From a virus (Duplodnaviria; Caudoviricetes): a DNA stretch of 53,802 bases. This document shows, one piece after another, positions 37,604 through 46,548 of the stretch. A program made the position numbers and the translations under genes. Location: IMG/VR virus record IMGVR_UViG_3300034072_000696, positions 1-53,802 of that record, one strand, 5' to 3'. Position 1 is the stretch's first letter. Each line of letters opens with the position of its first letter. The notes under the pieces are model-generated. The model was not told where the DNA came from, ran no database searches, and saw nothing but the letters and a program-made list of their open reading frames with translations.

Positions 37604-37809
37604 CAGCGCACCCCCTGCATCAAACCGACGTTGGCGCCCTTGTAGACCTTTTCGTCATACTGGTCGGCCAGGCCGATAGCACCCACCCATTCGCCTGCTT
37701 CGTGGTACGTGTCGAACGCGGCGTCTTTGATGGGCCACCAGAACAGGCCCCACTTGAGCATGCAGACTTGCCACTTGGCGATAGCTGGGTTGAAACGAAT
37801 GGTGAACAT
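37603..37809 (-). CDS. Hypothetical protein
   Basis: AGGAG RBS, downstream of promoter/operator. Confidence 0.7.
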   Translation of the reverse strand: MFTIRFNPAIAKWQVCMLKWGLFWWPIKDAAFDTYHEAGEWVGAIGLADQYDEKVYKGANVGLMQGVR

Positions 37810-37825
37810 TTTTAAGTCTCCTAGT

Positions 37826-37847
37826 GCTTACGTGTAAGCACATTATA
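37826..37847 (-). promoter_or_regulatory. Leftward -10 box with perfect operator
   Basis: GTGCTTACGTGTAAGCAC followed by ATTATA (TATAAT on - strand). Confidence 0.7.
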
Positions 37848-37851
37848 CAGG

Positions 37852-38217
37852 TTAATACTCGGACGGGAGCAGCAGGATGTTGTCGATGAAGTAGAACACC
37901 CACTCGCCTTCGGGGCAGTCGGTGAACATGACCTCCTTCGTCCAGAAAGGCGGGATGTCGGTGTCATCCGCCCCGGTGATGGTTGCCTTCTTGTTCTCGA
38001 CCTTGAGCGTGACGATCATGAACGGGCGACCGGCGCACGCCGTGATGCCTTCCGTGGCGATGATGTCCAGGAACCAGTAGGCCCCGCCGCCGGCGTTCTC
38101 CGCGAAGAACTGGACCCCCTCCGTGTAGAGGACTTTGCGGTTGAGGTTGTGACGGAACCATGTCTCGGTGCCGGTGTACTGGGAGAGACCGTCGCGTAGA
38201 GTTTTCGGGTTATCCAT
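37852..38217 (-). CDS. DUF6876-like protein
   Basis: L.QYTGTE..RH, YTEGV, AYWFLD, FTDCP, LLLPSEY. Confidence 0.75.
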   Translation of the reverse strand: MDNPKTLRDGLSQYTGTETWFRHNLNRKVLYTEGVQFFAENAGGGAYWFLDIIATEGITACAGRPFMIVTLKVENKKATITGADDTDIPPFWTKEVMFTDCPEGEWVFYFIDNILLLPSEY

Positions 38218-38980
38218 GATGTGCGTACTCCTCTGTAAGAATGTCGCGCAATGCGGTCAGGCCGCCGTTGCAGTAGCGCAGGTTGGCTTTCGCGGCCTTG
38301 ATGGTCTCCGTGACGCTGTGGTCGATGAACTTCGTCATCGAGATCACGATGTCGGCGTGGCCGGCGGCACTCGCCAAACGGTTGCGGTGCTCCGTGGTCT
38401 GGTAGAAGGACAAGTCCAGCTCGCGGTGGAACTCTTGCTGGATCATGCCGGCCTGCTGCGGGAGTAGGCCGACGATCAGGACTCGGCGCTTACGCGGCGC
38501 CGGCGCAGTTGGCCCAGCGGCGATACCTTTTTCGGGAGCAGGGATCACCACGGACTTCACGGCCTTCGCGATAGCGTCGTCGACTTGAGCCTGCAGGGTG
38601 GCGTGCAACTGCGCGGTGACTTGCGTCGTAACCTGCGAGACCAGCGCGGAGACGAACTCCTGGATCGTCCGCTCGATCGTGAGTGGTGCGGGCGCTGGAT
38701 GCGCCACGGGGAGCACCGCTGCAGGGGTTGAAACGCTCTGTGTCGCGTCGTAGCCGAACGGGTAGAGTTTGTAAGGTGCTCGCCCTTTAGCCCCGCCCGG
38801 GGCCGACTGGACCCGTTGGATGAGGCGTTTGTTTACCAGGATGCGCACCGACGCGTCGACGGAACCCGGCGTGGTGTCGATGACTTCGGATGCGTCAGCG
38901 ACGGTCGACCCGGGGTTCTTCTGCACGAACTCCAGGATGGCCTGCTGGAGCCAGCCTTTTTCTTTCTTCATGCCAGCCAT
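38210..38980 (-). CDS. N-terminal winged HTH plus C-terminal DUF2325-like Rossmannoid domain
   Basis: AILEFVQKNPGST..DA; RVLIVG, ADIVI.MTKFIDHS, NGGLT.L. Confidence 0.6.
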   Translation of the reverse strand: MAGMKKEKGWLQQAILEFVQKNPGSTVADASEVIDTTPGSVDASVRILVNKRLIQRVQSAPGGAKGRAPYKLYPFGYDATQSVSTPAAVLPVAHPAPAPLTIERTIQEFVSALVSQVTTQVTAQLHATLQAQVDDAIAKAVKSVVIPAPEKGIAAGPTAPAPRKRRVLIVGLLPQQAGMIQQEFHRELDLSFYQTTEHRNRLASAAGHADIVISMTKFIDHSVTETIKAAKANLRYCNGGLTALRDILTEEYAHHG

Positions 38981-39885
38981 CCTTTCAGCGTGTCGAGGTC
39001 GGTCTCGAATCCCGCAGCGTTCTTGTGGCCACCGCCACCGAATGCCTTGGCGATTGCCGAGACGTCATAGTCGCCATTGCTGCGCAGGGAGCACTTGACC
39101 TTGCCATCTGCGCCGACGTACCAGAGCAGACCGTAGGTGCCGCTCTTGTTGGCGAGGACGTGGCCGGTTTCGCTGATGTGGTTCTGCGTGTTGAGGGCGA
39201 GGCCGATGTAAAGGTGCCCATCGTCATCGTCACCGAGCATACGCACCGTTTTGATCCCGCACGTCATCGCCTGCTTGGCTTGCTGCTCGACCATGATCTC
39301 TTGAGCACGGAGGATGGCTGCGCCTTCGTCGAACAGTGAATAGATGCCGGCATCCATCATTTCTGCCCACTGTTTAAAACTCCACGGCAGTCGGGCCTGT
39401 AACGCAGCGTGCATCTCCTTGCTCCCTTTCAGCTTGAACTGCCAGCGGTCACGGTCGTCGATGTGCTGGATCAGCATCGGGACTTCGGTGCCGGGGTGGA
39501 AGTATTCCCACGCCAGCAGGGCGCCTGATTTGTTGTTGTCGAGCGTAACGAATACGTTGCTGGAGTGGGCGTCGAATCGTGCGGTCGGTGTGTATTCGAT
39601 ATTTATCGACTCGAAAGCTGTCTTGTGGTGGTCGAGCCAGATAGTCTCGGCAGCGGCATCCATCACGTACTCCATCACAGCCTTGGGGAAACTGAAGTCA
39701 AGAATGTAGACTTCGCGACCGTGTACGATGCTGCCGAGTTCCATATCTTCGGGGACTAACTTACGCCAGTCGCCGCCGTGGTTCATCGGCAGATACTCGG
39801 CGTCGTCGCCGAACTTCATCCATGCTGCGAATGCTGCGCCAAAGCCGTCGGTGCAGTTGGCGTGGTAGATAACGAGAGGTTTCAT
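38968..39885 (-). CDS. DHH/DHHA1 phosphoesterase
   Basis: YH..C.DG, LDFS, LDHHKT, DDRD, SLRS, FGGGGHKNAAGF. Confidence 0.92.
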   Translation of the reverse strand: MKPLVIYHANCTDGFGAAFAAWMKFGDDAEYLPMNHGGDWRKLVPEDMELGSIVHGREVYILDFSFPKAVMEYVMDAAAETIWLDHHKTAFESINIEYTPTARFDAHSSNVFVTLDNNKSGALLAWEYFHPGTEVPMLIQHIDDRDRWQFKLKGSKEMHAALQARLPWSFKQWAEMMDAGIYSLFDEGAAILRAQEIMVEQQAKQAMTCGIKTVRMLGDDDDGHLYIGLALNTQNHISETGHVLANKSGTYGLLWYVGADGKVKCSLRSNGDYDVSAIAKAFGGGGHKNAAGFETDLDTLKGWLA

Positions 39886-40118
39886 GCTTGATCCTTGTAT
39901 TTGGAGAGAATCACTTCATTGACGATGCCAATCCCGCACTCGCGGAGCATTACATCGCGCACACGTACAAGCTCATCCACCAGCTCCCGCACAATCTCTG
40001 CTGTATGGGCGGTGGCGTAGGCTTCTGCGTCCTTGAGATGAACGTAATCAACAGCCGGGGTAAGCTCCGCGCCGTACTTGTTCGGCGCGGAGCGGGGCTT
40101 GTGCGGTGCGTAACGCAT
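39882..40118 (-). CDS. Hypothetical protein
   Basis: 78 aa, stop overlaps DHH start; start uncertain. Confidence 0.45.
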   Translation of the reverse strand: MRYAPHKPRSAPNKYGAELTPAVDYVHLKDAEAYATAHTAEIVRELVDELVRVRDVMLRECGIGIVNEVILSKYKDQA

Positions 40119-40296
40119 CCAGTCGGCCAAGCAAAAACTGGTAATGCTCTTGGTGGTACTCAGGCATCCAGCCGATCTGCTCGCGCAGCCAGAGTTCTTT
40201 AGCATCTTCCCTTTGCTGCGGCGTCATTTCCGACAGTCGCTTATCGCGTACAGCGTCGAAGTCTGGTGTTGACACCTTGGCCTGTGTGGTGGTCAT
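40048..40296 (-). CDS. Hypothetical protein
   Basis: AAGGA RBS, ATGA overlap. Confidence 0.55.
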   Translation of the reverse strand: MTTTQAKVSTPDFDAVRDKRLSEMTPQQREDAKELWLREQIGWMPEYHQEHYQFLLGRLDALRTAQAPLRAEQVRRGAYPGC

Positions 40297-40511
40297 TTGG
40301 TTTCCTTCATTGCCGTGCGGTGCGCGGCCTTAGTCATTCCGCGCCATTGCCTTACCATCATCGGACAAGGGACAAGGAATCCAACTCCGTCCCATTCCAG
40401 CATCCAGCGAGTTAAGACACCTCCAGGGAGTCGAACTACGCACTCGTACAGACCGTGATTCACCGGCTCAACATGGCGCGGAAACCATCGGGTTTTGCCT
40501 TTAGTGGCCAT
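40293..40511 (-). CDS. Hypothetical protein (72 aa)
   Basis: WFP..VEP...G.YE...W...QWRG motif typical of small phage proteins. Confidence 0.65.
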   Translation of the reverse strand: MATKGKTRWFPRHVEPVNHGLYECVVRLPGGVLTRWMLEWDGVGFLVPCPMMVRQWRGMTKAAHRTAMKETK

Positions 40512-41412
40512 CACTCCCCTCCTTGCCATCAGCAGGGGTGGCGAGCGTGGCGGCGTCGATTGCAGCGCGAGCGGTTGGGTGCCACTTCCCCCAAGGTTCG
40601 CCGTCGTAAAGCATCCTGAACCGGACGGGATTCGCACCACGCTTTTCCCACTGGACTGACCAAGGCAGCCCGAAAGTGGTGATGAAATCCAAGCGCGGAG
40701 AATCCTTTGCATCCTTCTCCGCTACCGGGGTAGATGCCGCTTGTGGCTGAATAGCTGTCGCGGAGGCGAGCATTGCGGAACGGTCATAGTGGCGAAGCTT
40801 TGTTATCGCCTCGCGCAGAATGTCACCGTCGGATTCATACAGCTCCGGGTGATGAACGCCTGACTCCGAGTTATTGATTACGCGATCCAAGAAGGATTGC
40901 AGGCGGCTAATCGTGTGCTGTGTATCACACATTTGATGTCCTTTCATTTCATCCGGCACCACCGCACAACCGGGCGGGATGGCTGGCTGGGGGCGGGTGT
41001 AGAGCTTGGTGCCTTCCGGCAAACTGAGCAGTCCAATTAGCGGCTTTAGGACATGCTTGCCGTTGTAATACCAGCAATCCTCATGCCATTCTTTATCGCG
41101 CACAACCTCCCCAACCGCCTCCACACCCTGACGGAGTTCGGCGAGCTGGGATTCGAGTTCATTGATACGGGCTTGCAGCTTTCGTTCGTCGATAGACAAC
41201 TGGCTAGTGCTTCTAGCCAGGCCCCATGCTTTAGCGTTATCCTCCCGCAGCGCCTTCACTGCTGGGATGTGGTCGAGGATGGCAGGGTCATCTGCCGACC
41301 GGCTTACACAGCCGTCGATAACCCAGTTGTGCATGTTCTTCTCCGCGAAGAACTGCGTCACCTTGCGGGCGGCTTCGGCGATTTCCTGGGGGATGTCGTC
41401 GATCCTGTTCAT
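40501..41412 (-). CDS. Mosaic hypothetical protein (Ea22/Ead-like region)
   Basis: LPEGTKLY..P, RLDF, RAAIDAA modules; lower GC. Confidence 0.6.
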   Translation of the reverse strand: MNRIDDIPQEIAEAARKVTQFFAEKNMHNWVIDGCVSRSADDPAILDHIPAVKALREDNAKAWGLARSTSQLSIDERKLQARINELESQLAELRQGVEAVGEVVRDKEWHEDCWYYNGKHVLKPLIGLLSLPEGTKLYTRPQPAIPPGCAVVPDEMKGHQMCDTQHTISRLQSFLDRVINNSESGVHHPELYESDGDILREAITKLRHYDRSAMLASATAIQPQAASTPVAEKDAKDSPRLDFITTFGLPWSVQWEKRGANPVRFRMLYDGEPWGKWHPTARAAIDAATLATPADGKEGSDGH

Positions 41413-41435
41413 TCGGGTTCCTTCTCCGGTTTGTG

Positions 41436-42659
41436 TCACGCGCCCTTGACGCAAAGGACTTGCTTGAGGACGTGCACCACGTCGATCAGGTCACGCTGGT
41501 TGTCCATGACGACGTCGATGTCCTTGTATGCGCCGGGGATTTCATCCAGCACCGCATCATCCTTCCGGCACTCGACGCCGGCGGTTTGTGCGGACAGGTC
41601 TGCCAGCGTGAACTTCTTGCGCGCCGCGGACCGGGACATGCTGCGCCCCGCGCCATGCGAGCACGAGCAGTACGATTCGAGATTCCCCTTGCCGCGTACG
41701 ATGTAGCTGCGCTGCCCCATCGACCCAGGGATGATGCCCAGGTCGCCTTCACGGGCACGTATGGCCCCCTTGCGTGTGACCCACAGGTTCCGACCGAAGT
41801 GGTTCTCACGCTCGACGTAGTTGTGGTGGCAGTTGATCGCCTCTTGTGTGATGATGAACTCGACCGGGATGTGGCGGCGCAGGGCGGCGATGACCGCCTC
41901 CATCATGACCTTGCGGTTCTCCAGCGCGTAGTTCTGCGCCCAATCGACGGCGGCCATGTAGTCGTCGAAGTCGTCGGTGTCCTCCGGCAGATACGCGAGG
42001 TCGCCGTCTGGCAGGTGGATGAAATACTGCTCCATGCGGCGCTTGGCCTTCTCGATGAAGTAGCTGCCGATCATGTTCCCGATGCCACGCGAACCCGAGT
42101 GCAGCATGATCCACACATCGTCGTTCTCGTCGAGGCAAAGCTCGATGAAGTGGTTGCCGGAGCCGAGCGTACCTAACTGACCGCCAGCCTTGCTCAGAAA
42201 CCGCTCCCACGACTTATCCGCCCCAACCCCAAAGACAGGAGCAAGAGCGTCAGCAATGCCCGAAAAGTCAGGCATGCGCTCCAGGTTGCGCTCGACATCT
42301 ACTTCGCGCTGATGGCGACCACCAGCGCCCAGCGGCACATCACGCTCGATCTGGTGGCGTATAGCGGTCAGCGAGTCAGGCAGGTCGCTGGCCTTGAGTG
42401 ACAGGCGCACGGCGTTCATGCCGCAGCCAATGTCCACGCCTACCGCTGCCGGAATGATCGCCTTGTCGGTCGCTATGACGCTGCCAATGGTCGATCCCTT
42501 GCCAGCATGAACGTCGGGCATCAGCGCAACCCCGTTGCCTGCAATGAACGGGAGGCGCGCCAGGTTCTTGGCCTGCGTCAGCGCCTCGTCCTCGATGTCA
42601 TTCGTCCAGATTTTGATCGGGCGCGCGCCCGGCTCGTTGATTACTTGCTTGAAAGTCAT
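41436..42659 (-). CDS. rtcB: RtcB RNA ligase
   Basis: MPDVHAGKG, GVDIGCG, GTLGSGNHFIE, HSGSRG, HHNY, RKGA, PGSMG, SHGAGR, DE.P.AYK. Confidence 0.96.
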   Translation of the reverse strand: MTFKQVINEPGARPIKIWTNDIEDEALTQAKNLARLPFIAGNGVALMPDVHAGKGSTIGSVIATDKAIIPAAVGVDIGCGMNAVRLSLKASDLPDSLTAIRHQIERDVPLGAGGRHQREVDVERNLERMPDFSGIADALAPVFGVGADKSWERFLSKAGGQLGTLGSGNHFIELCLDENDDVWIMLHSGSRGIGNMIGSYFIEKAKRRMEQYFIHLPDGDLAYLPEDTDDFDDYMAAVDWAQNYALENRKVMMEAVIAALRRHIPVEFIITQEAINCHHNYVERENHFGRNLWVTRKGAIRAREGDLGIIPGSMGQRSYIVRGKGNLESYCSCSHGAGRSMSRSAARKKFTLADLSAQTAGVECRKDDAVLDEIPGAYKDIDVVMDNQRDLIDVVHVLKQVLCVKGA

Positions 42660-43048
42660 GCCAATTCCTCCGGGATTTCGATTTCGTCGCCCATCTTGCT
42701 AGCGACGTAGCAGCGCATGGCGGCGATTAGGTGGGTTTTGCCGGTAGCATTGACGCCTTCTGTGCCGGTGCGATAAAAGAAAGCGTTGATAGCCTTATCG
42801 TCACCATAAACGCCCCGGAAAAGAATTCCTTCCCGCTCAATAATCGGCCCGGCCAGCGCCCAGTTTGTTGAAGCCCGGTAAAAGGCGGTGTGGAAGGCTT
42901 GGCCGTCTGCTACACGAGAAAAGGCCACCACTGCCGGCATTCCAGGGAACGCAGGGTGTATATCAACCGGGGTGCCTTCGCACTTCGCCACAGCCCAGTC
43001 GAGCTGGGCGCCTATCAGGTCTGCTGTCTTGATCTTCATGATCTTCAT
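42656..43048 (-). CDS. NinX/DUF2591-like protein
   Basis: L.G..LDWAVAK.EG, ST.W...GPIIERE, LIAAMRC. Confidence 0.8.
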   Translation of the reverse strand: MKIMKIKTADLIGAQLDWAVAKCEGTPVDIHPAFPGMPAVVAFSRVADGQAFHTAFYRASTNWALAGPIIEREGILFRGVYGDDKAINAFFYRTGTEGVNATGKTHLIAAMRCYVASKMGDEIEIPEELA

Positions 43049-43061
43049 GATCTGTCCTTGA

Positions 43062-43087
43062 GACACCCCGGCCGAAGCCGGGGTGTC
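43062..43087 (-). terminator. 11-bp hairpin with C(UUCG)G tetraloop
   Basis: GACACCCCGGC-TTCG-GCCGGGGTGTC on - strand; no U-tract. Confidence 0.55.
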
Positions 43088-43124
43088 GGTTTAGTAGCGG
43101 CGCCCACGAGCTTGGCGCGGCCCA

Positions 43125-43931
43125 TCACTTGAGGCTGATGAACGGAACGGCGCCGCCGGCTTGCGTCACAGGTAGCTTGCCGTCCCACTTCTCGATGGCC
43201 TTCAAGCGGACGTAGTCATCGCCGCCCTGGACAGAGATCGCTTGCGCGCTGATGCGGATGGCGTCCGCGTTACCCTGGGCCTCGACGCGCTTGCGGTCTG
43301 CCTCAGCCTTGGCGAGTTCGACTTCTTTCTGCTTCGTCATGATCTGGTAGTCACGCTTGGCGTTCTCCTTGATGCTCGCCTCCAGTGCCGGATCGGTCAC
43401 GAGGTTGCGGATGTTGACCGTGCGGACGAAGAACCAGCCCTTGCCAGCCTCAGTGTCGAGACTGGCCTGCAGAATCTTCGCGACCTCGGCCGCGATCTCG
43501 ACGCGCTTGGTGTGGATCACGTCGGACTTGAAATCGTCGACCGCGTTGAAGATGGCCTCGCGCGCCTGGCGGGTCACATAGTTGAATCCAATGCGCGCAC
43601 CATCTTCGGTCGGCTCGTATGAAACATCGCCCGGCCATCGCGTCATGATGGCGACAGCCTTGCTGGGGTCGATCTGCACATAGATGTCCACGTCCAGGTC
43701 TGCCAGGGTGATCTTGTCCGCGGTCTGCGGGCGCAGGTCCGACAGTTGGATCGGCAGTTCCTTAGTGGAGACCTCGGTCACACGCTTGAACAGGGTGAAG
43801 TACACGCCCGGCTGCATGGTCTCAGCGGAGACCTGGCCCATCGTGGACTCGACGCCCACGTTGCCGGTGTCGATCTGCGAACAGCCCGTCAGGGCAACTG
43901 CGATTGCTGCAGTGATGAGAAACTTCTTCAA
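43125..43931 (-). CDS. SPFH/Band 7/prohibitin-family lipoprotein
   Basis: LTGC lipobox, IDTGNVGV, AEA..AQG.ADA coil, IEKWDGKLP. Confidence 0.9.
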   Translation of the reverse strand: MKKFLITAAIAVALTGCSQIDTGNVGVESTMGQVSAETMQPGVYFTLFKRVTEVSTKELPIQLSDLRPQTADKITLADLDVDIYVQIDPSKAVAIMTRWPGDVSYEPTEDGARIGFNYVTRQAREAIFNAVDDFKSDVIHTKRVEIAAEVAKILQASLDTEAGKGWFFVRTVNIRNLVTDPALEASIKENAKRDYQIMTKQKEVELAKAEADRKRVEAQGNADAIRISAQAISVQGGDDYVRLKAIEKWDGKLPVTQAGGAVPFISLK

Positions 43932-43940
43932 AGCAAACTC

Positions 43941-44132
43941 CTAAAAGATAGATGCTGCAGGGAGGTGCAGCGCCGTCAGGATGACCAGCGCTGCGATGGC
44001 GAGGATCACGCCGAAGCGGATGCCGTGCAGGGCGATAAACCCGAACACGGCCTTCCTCGTGCTCGTCGGGGCCATGCTGTAAAACACGTAGCCGGCGACG
44101 AGCAGAAACAAGACGAGGAGGAGGTGGCGCAT
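43941..44132 (-). CDS. Small membrane protein (2 TM)
   Basis: 63 aa, two hydrophobic segments, upstream of SPFH. Confidence 0.7.
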   Translation of the reverse strand: MRHLLLVLFLLVAGYVFYSMAPTSTRKAVFGFIALHGIRFGVILAIAALVILTALHLPAASIF

Positions 44133-44135
44133 GGC

Positions 44136-44708
44136 TTACGCGCGGCTGTCCACGTACTCGACCAGCTTGGCGATGTCGGCCTTGATCGCGTCGATCTTGG
44201 CGACCAGCTTCTTGGGCTTGTTCTTGATGTCGTCGTAGCTCGTGACCTTGGCTTCGAGGTTGGCGATCATCGAGAAAATCTGGTCGTCGCTCATCTTGTC
44301 CGCGCGTTGGCCGTGGATCAGCACCACGGTCTCGATGGTCGGGCGCAGTGCGTCGCCAGTGTCGTACGCTTCCATCGCCGGGATTTTGGGGCTCTTGGCC
44401 TGGGGGATACTCGTTTCGTTCATTTCTGTTTCCTCCGTGCGAAGGGCCTGACCCTTCGTGGTTACGGTGAAGTTGCCTGCGCGGTCGACGTCGATCAGCT
44501 TGTGCGTCTGCGCTAGCCGGGACAAGACGGCGGTCGCGGAGCGTTCGCAATGTCGCGCCATGTTGACCAGCGACATACCCTGTTTGAAATACTCGATCAG
44601 CAGTGCGTCGTCGGACTTCGTCCACGAGCTACCTGACTTCGCTCCGCGCGGATACGCCTGCCCCGCCATGTTGACGGTGTTCGCCGAAGCGAAAATGTTT
44701 TCGTTCAT
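44136..44708 (-). CDS. Hypothetical protein with Myb/HTH-like N-terminus and coiled C-terminus
   Basis: G.SWT..DD..L......G.....MA....RS..AV.SRL; AGGAG RBS. Confidence 0.65.
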   Translation of the reverse strand: MNENIFASANTVNMAGQAYPRGAKSGSSWTKSDDALLIEYFKQGMSLVNMARHCERSATAVLSRLAQTHKLIDVDRAGNFTVTTKGQALRTEETEMNETSIPQAKSPKIPAMEAYDTGDALRPTIETVVLIHGQRADKMSDDQIFSMIANLEAKVTSYDDIKNKPKKLVAKIDAIKADIAKLVEYVDSRA

Positions 44709-44719
44709 GTGGTGCTCCT

Positions 44720-44742
44720 AAAGGCCGGGGTTCGCCCCGGCC
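44720..44742 (-). terminator. Intrinsic terminator-like hairpin
   Basis: GGCCGGGG-CGAA-CCCCGGCC-TTT on - strand. Confidence 0.6.
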
Positions 44743-44753
44743 CTATCGGTTGC

Positions 44754-45194
44754 TTAGGCGTCGATGGTGTACTTCACCGAGCCATCGGCCACTTCGTCGC
44801 GGCTCACCTTGAGGGTGACGGAGCGGGTGCCCTTGTCGCCCTTGCTGGTGAACACGCCCTTGACGCGGAAGTAGTCGTCGGTGACTTCGATCACGTCGGC
44901 GTCCTGGCCTTCGTCAAGGAAGTTCTTCACGCCGTCGAACTTGTGCAGCACGTCGCCTTCCTGCGGCCACTGATACACCGGCAGGTCGCTCGCAGCGGGG
45001 GCCTCGGCCGCGCCGGTGTCGGTCTGGTTACCAGTAACCACGTTGTCGGCCGGCTTGTCCGCGTGAGTGGTGCGTGCGCCGGTGACGATCGCATGGAGGA
45101 TGGCGTCGAACGGGCTGACGGCCTGCGGCTGGGCGCCCAGGGCGATGTGCAGGGTGACGTTGAGGTTCTTGATGTTGATGGTGGTCTTGCTCAT
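44754..45194 (-). CDS. Hypothetical protein
   Basis: 146 aa, AAGGAG RBS. Confidence 0.75.
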   Translation of the reverse strand: MSKTTINIKNLNVTLHIALGAQPQAVSPFDAILHAIVTGARTTHADKPADNVVTGNQTDTGAAEAPAASDLPVYQWPQEGDVLHKFDGVKNFLDEGQDADVIEVTDDYFRVKGVFTSKGDKGTRSVTLKVSRDEVADGSVKYTIDA

Positions 45195-45220
45195 GGTGTT
45201 GCTCCTTGTGGTTGAAAAGG

Positions 45221-45412
45221 TTAGACGGTGCCGAGTTCTGCGACGCCGTTGTACTGCATGTAGAGCGTTTCCGCGCCGTCGACGACGGTCAGGGTGGGCT
45301 CAACTCCAATGCGGGCTTCGACTTGCGCCTTGGCCTCGTCCGCGTCAGTCGCCAGGGTGACGAACCAACGCGTGCTATCGGGGGTTGCTGCTTGAATGAC
45401 AAAGGGTTGCAT
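45221..45412 (-). CDS. Small hypothetical protein (63 aa)
   Basis: AGGAG RBS before ATG 45412. Confidence 0.6.
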   Translation of the reverse strand: MQPFVIQAATPDSTRWFVTLATDADEAKAQVEARIGVEPTLTVVDGAETLYMQYNGVAELGTV

Positions 45413-45420
45413 TGCTTCTC

Positions 45421-46548
45421 CTACTGGTAGTTGTGGTAGTAATCGAATTCTTCGAGCGCGGTGACCGCCGTCATGGCGGTATCGCGGATCAATTCGACAA
45501 GCTCGTCTGCGCTCATCTTCAACACCATCGCCCGGAGTTCGGCCGTGGTCATGGCGTCGAGTTCGTAGACACTGGTGCCGGCGCTGGCTTGCGGCTTCTT
45601 GGGGGTGTAGCTGCGGCTCCACGAGCCGTACCCGCTCCAGTTACCCCACGAATCGGCGGGATCAACTTCGCCCGGCTTGCGGGTCTGCGGTAGGCCCGGG
45701 TCGGTCTTGAACGCGGCGACGCATGCGTTCTTCAAGCGGATGGCGTACTCAACGTCGAGGTCTTCGGCGCCACGGTGCTCGTTCATGTAGCCGCACGACA
45801 CGTTGGTGCACTCGCCGATCAGGTCGGTGTATTCCGCCGTGTCGGTGTACACGCCGCCGTCGTCCGGCTCCAGCTTCCCGCAGCCGTTGTCGTTCAGCAG
45901 CTTGGCCAGGGCCGTGGCGAACTCATCCGAGCAGCAGCGCCCGAGGGATTGGTGCGTGATGACCGAGCAGTCGCTTTTACGGTCGAACGCAATGGCCGCG
46001 GTCAGCCCCTTGAAGTCGTCGGGGAAGTTGTCCGTCACGAACTTGGAGCCGATGCCGCCGCACTCCTCGCCGCGGTGGAACATATAGACGCCCGGCACGC
46101 CGGCCTCGATCATGTTGAGCATGATCCATACACCCACGCCGTCGTCCGCGCCCAGGCATTCGTCGTCCTGCTTGTAGGCCACGAGCATGCCCGGGTCGAA
46201 CAGCACCTCCTGCTTCACGCGCTCGGGGTCTTTGCGGTGCACGGTGTCGACGTGACACGAGAACAGGATTTTCCCGTCGCCGACATCGACGCGGTATGCC
46301 ATGTCCTCCAGTTCGCCGGTCGCGTCGTCGATGCTGGCGTAATACACCGTCGGGTCCATCGGGCGGATGTACTTGTCGACGAACTGCGCCTCGCCGAGTG
46401 AGTGGTGCCCCCGCCGCATCGTCAGGATCGACAGGAGGCGATCCACGTTCTCCGCCACGAGATCAGGCGGCAAGGCAGAAGCGCTCGTCGCGGGCTTGGG
46501 TGTTGGCGAGGGTAGCGTGGGCGGCACGAGCGATAGTTGCTTGGTCAT
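45421..46548 (-). CDS. M28/M20-clan zinc peptidase/amidohydrolase
   Basis: CHVDTVH, LGADD, GEECGGIGS, AFDR, YTDT, GY.NEH; AAGGA RBS before ATG 46548. Confidence 0.88.
   Translation of the reverse strand: MTKQLSLVPPTLPSPTPKPATSASALPPDLVAENVDRLLSILTMRRGHHSLGEAQFVDKYIRPMDPTVYYASIDDATGELEDMAYRVDVGDGKILFSCHVDTVHRKDPERVKQEVLFDPGMLVAYKQDDECLGADDGVGVWIMLNMIEAGVPGVYMFHRGEECGGIGSKFVTDNFPDDFKGLTAAIAFDRKSDCSVITHQSLGRCCSDEFATALAKLLNDNGCGKLEPDDGGVYTDTAEYTDLIGECTNVSCGYMNEHRGAEDLDVEYAIRLKNACVAAFKTDPGLPQTRKPGEVDPADSWGNWSGYGSWSRSYTPKKPQASAGTSVYELDAMTTAELRAMVLKMSADELVELIRDTAMTAVTALEEFDYYHNYQ

Noticed and set aside
39882-40296. Programmed frameshift joining two overlapping ORFs
   Set aside because: No clear slippery site; a simple 71-nt overlap or uncertain start explains it
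43031-43052. 9-bp tandem repeat GATCTTCAT
   Set aside because: Short in-frame duplication at a gene start (MKIMKI); no evident function
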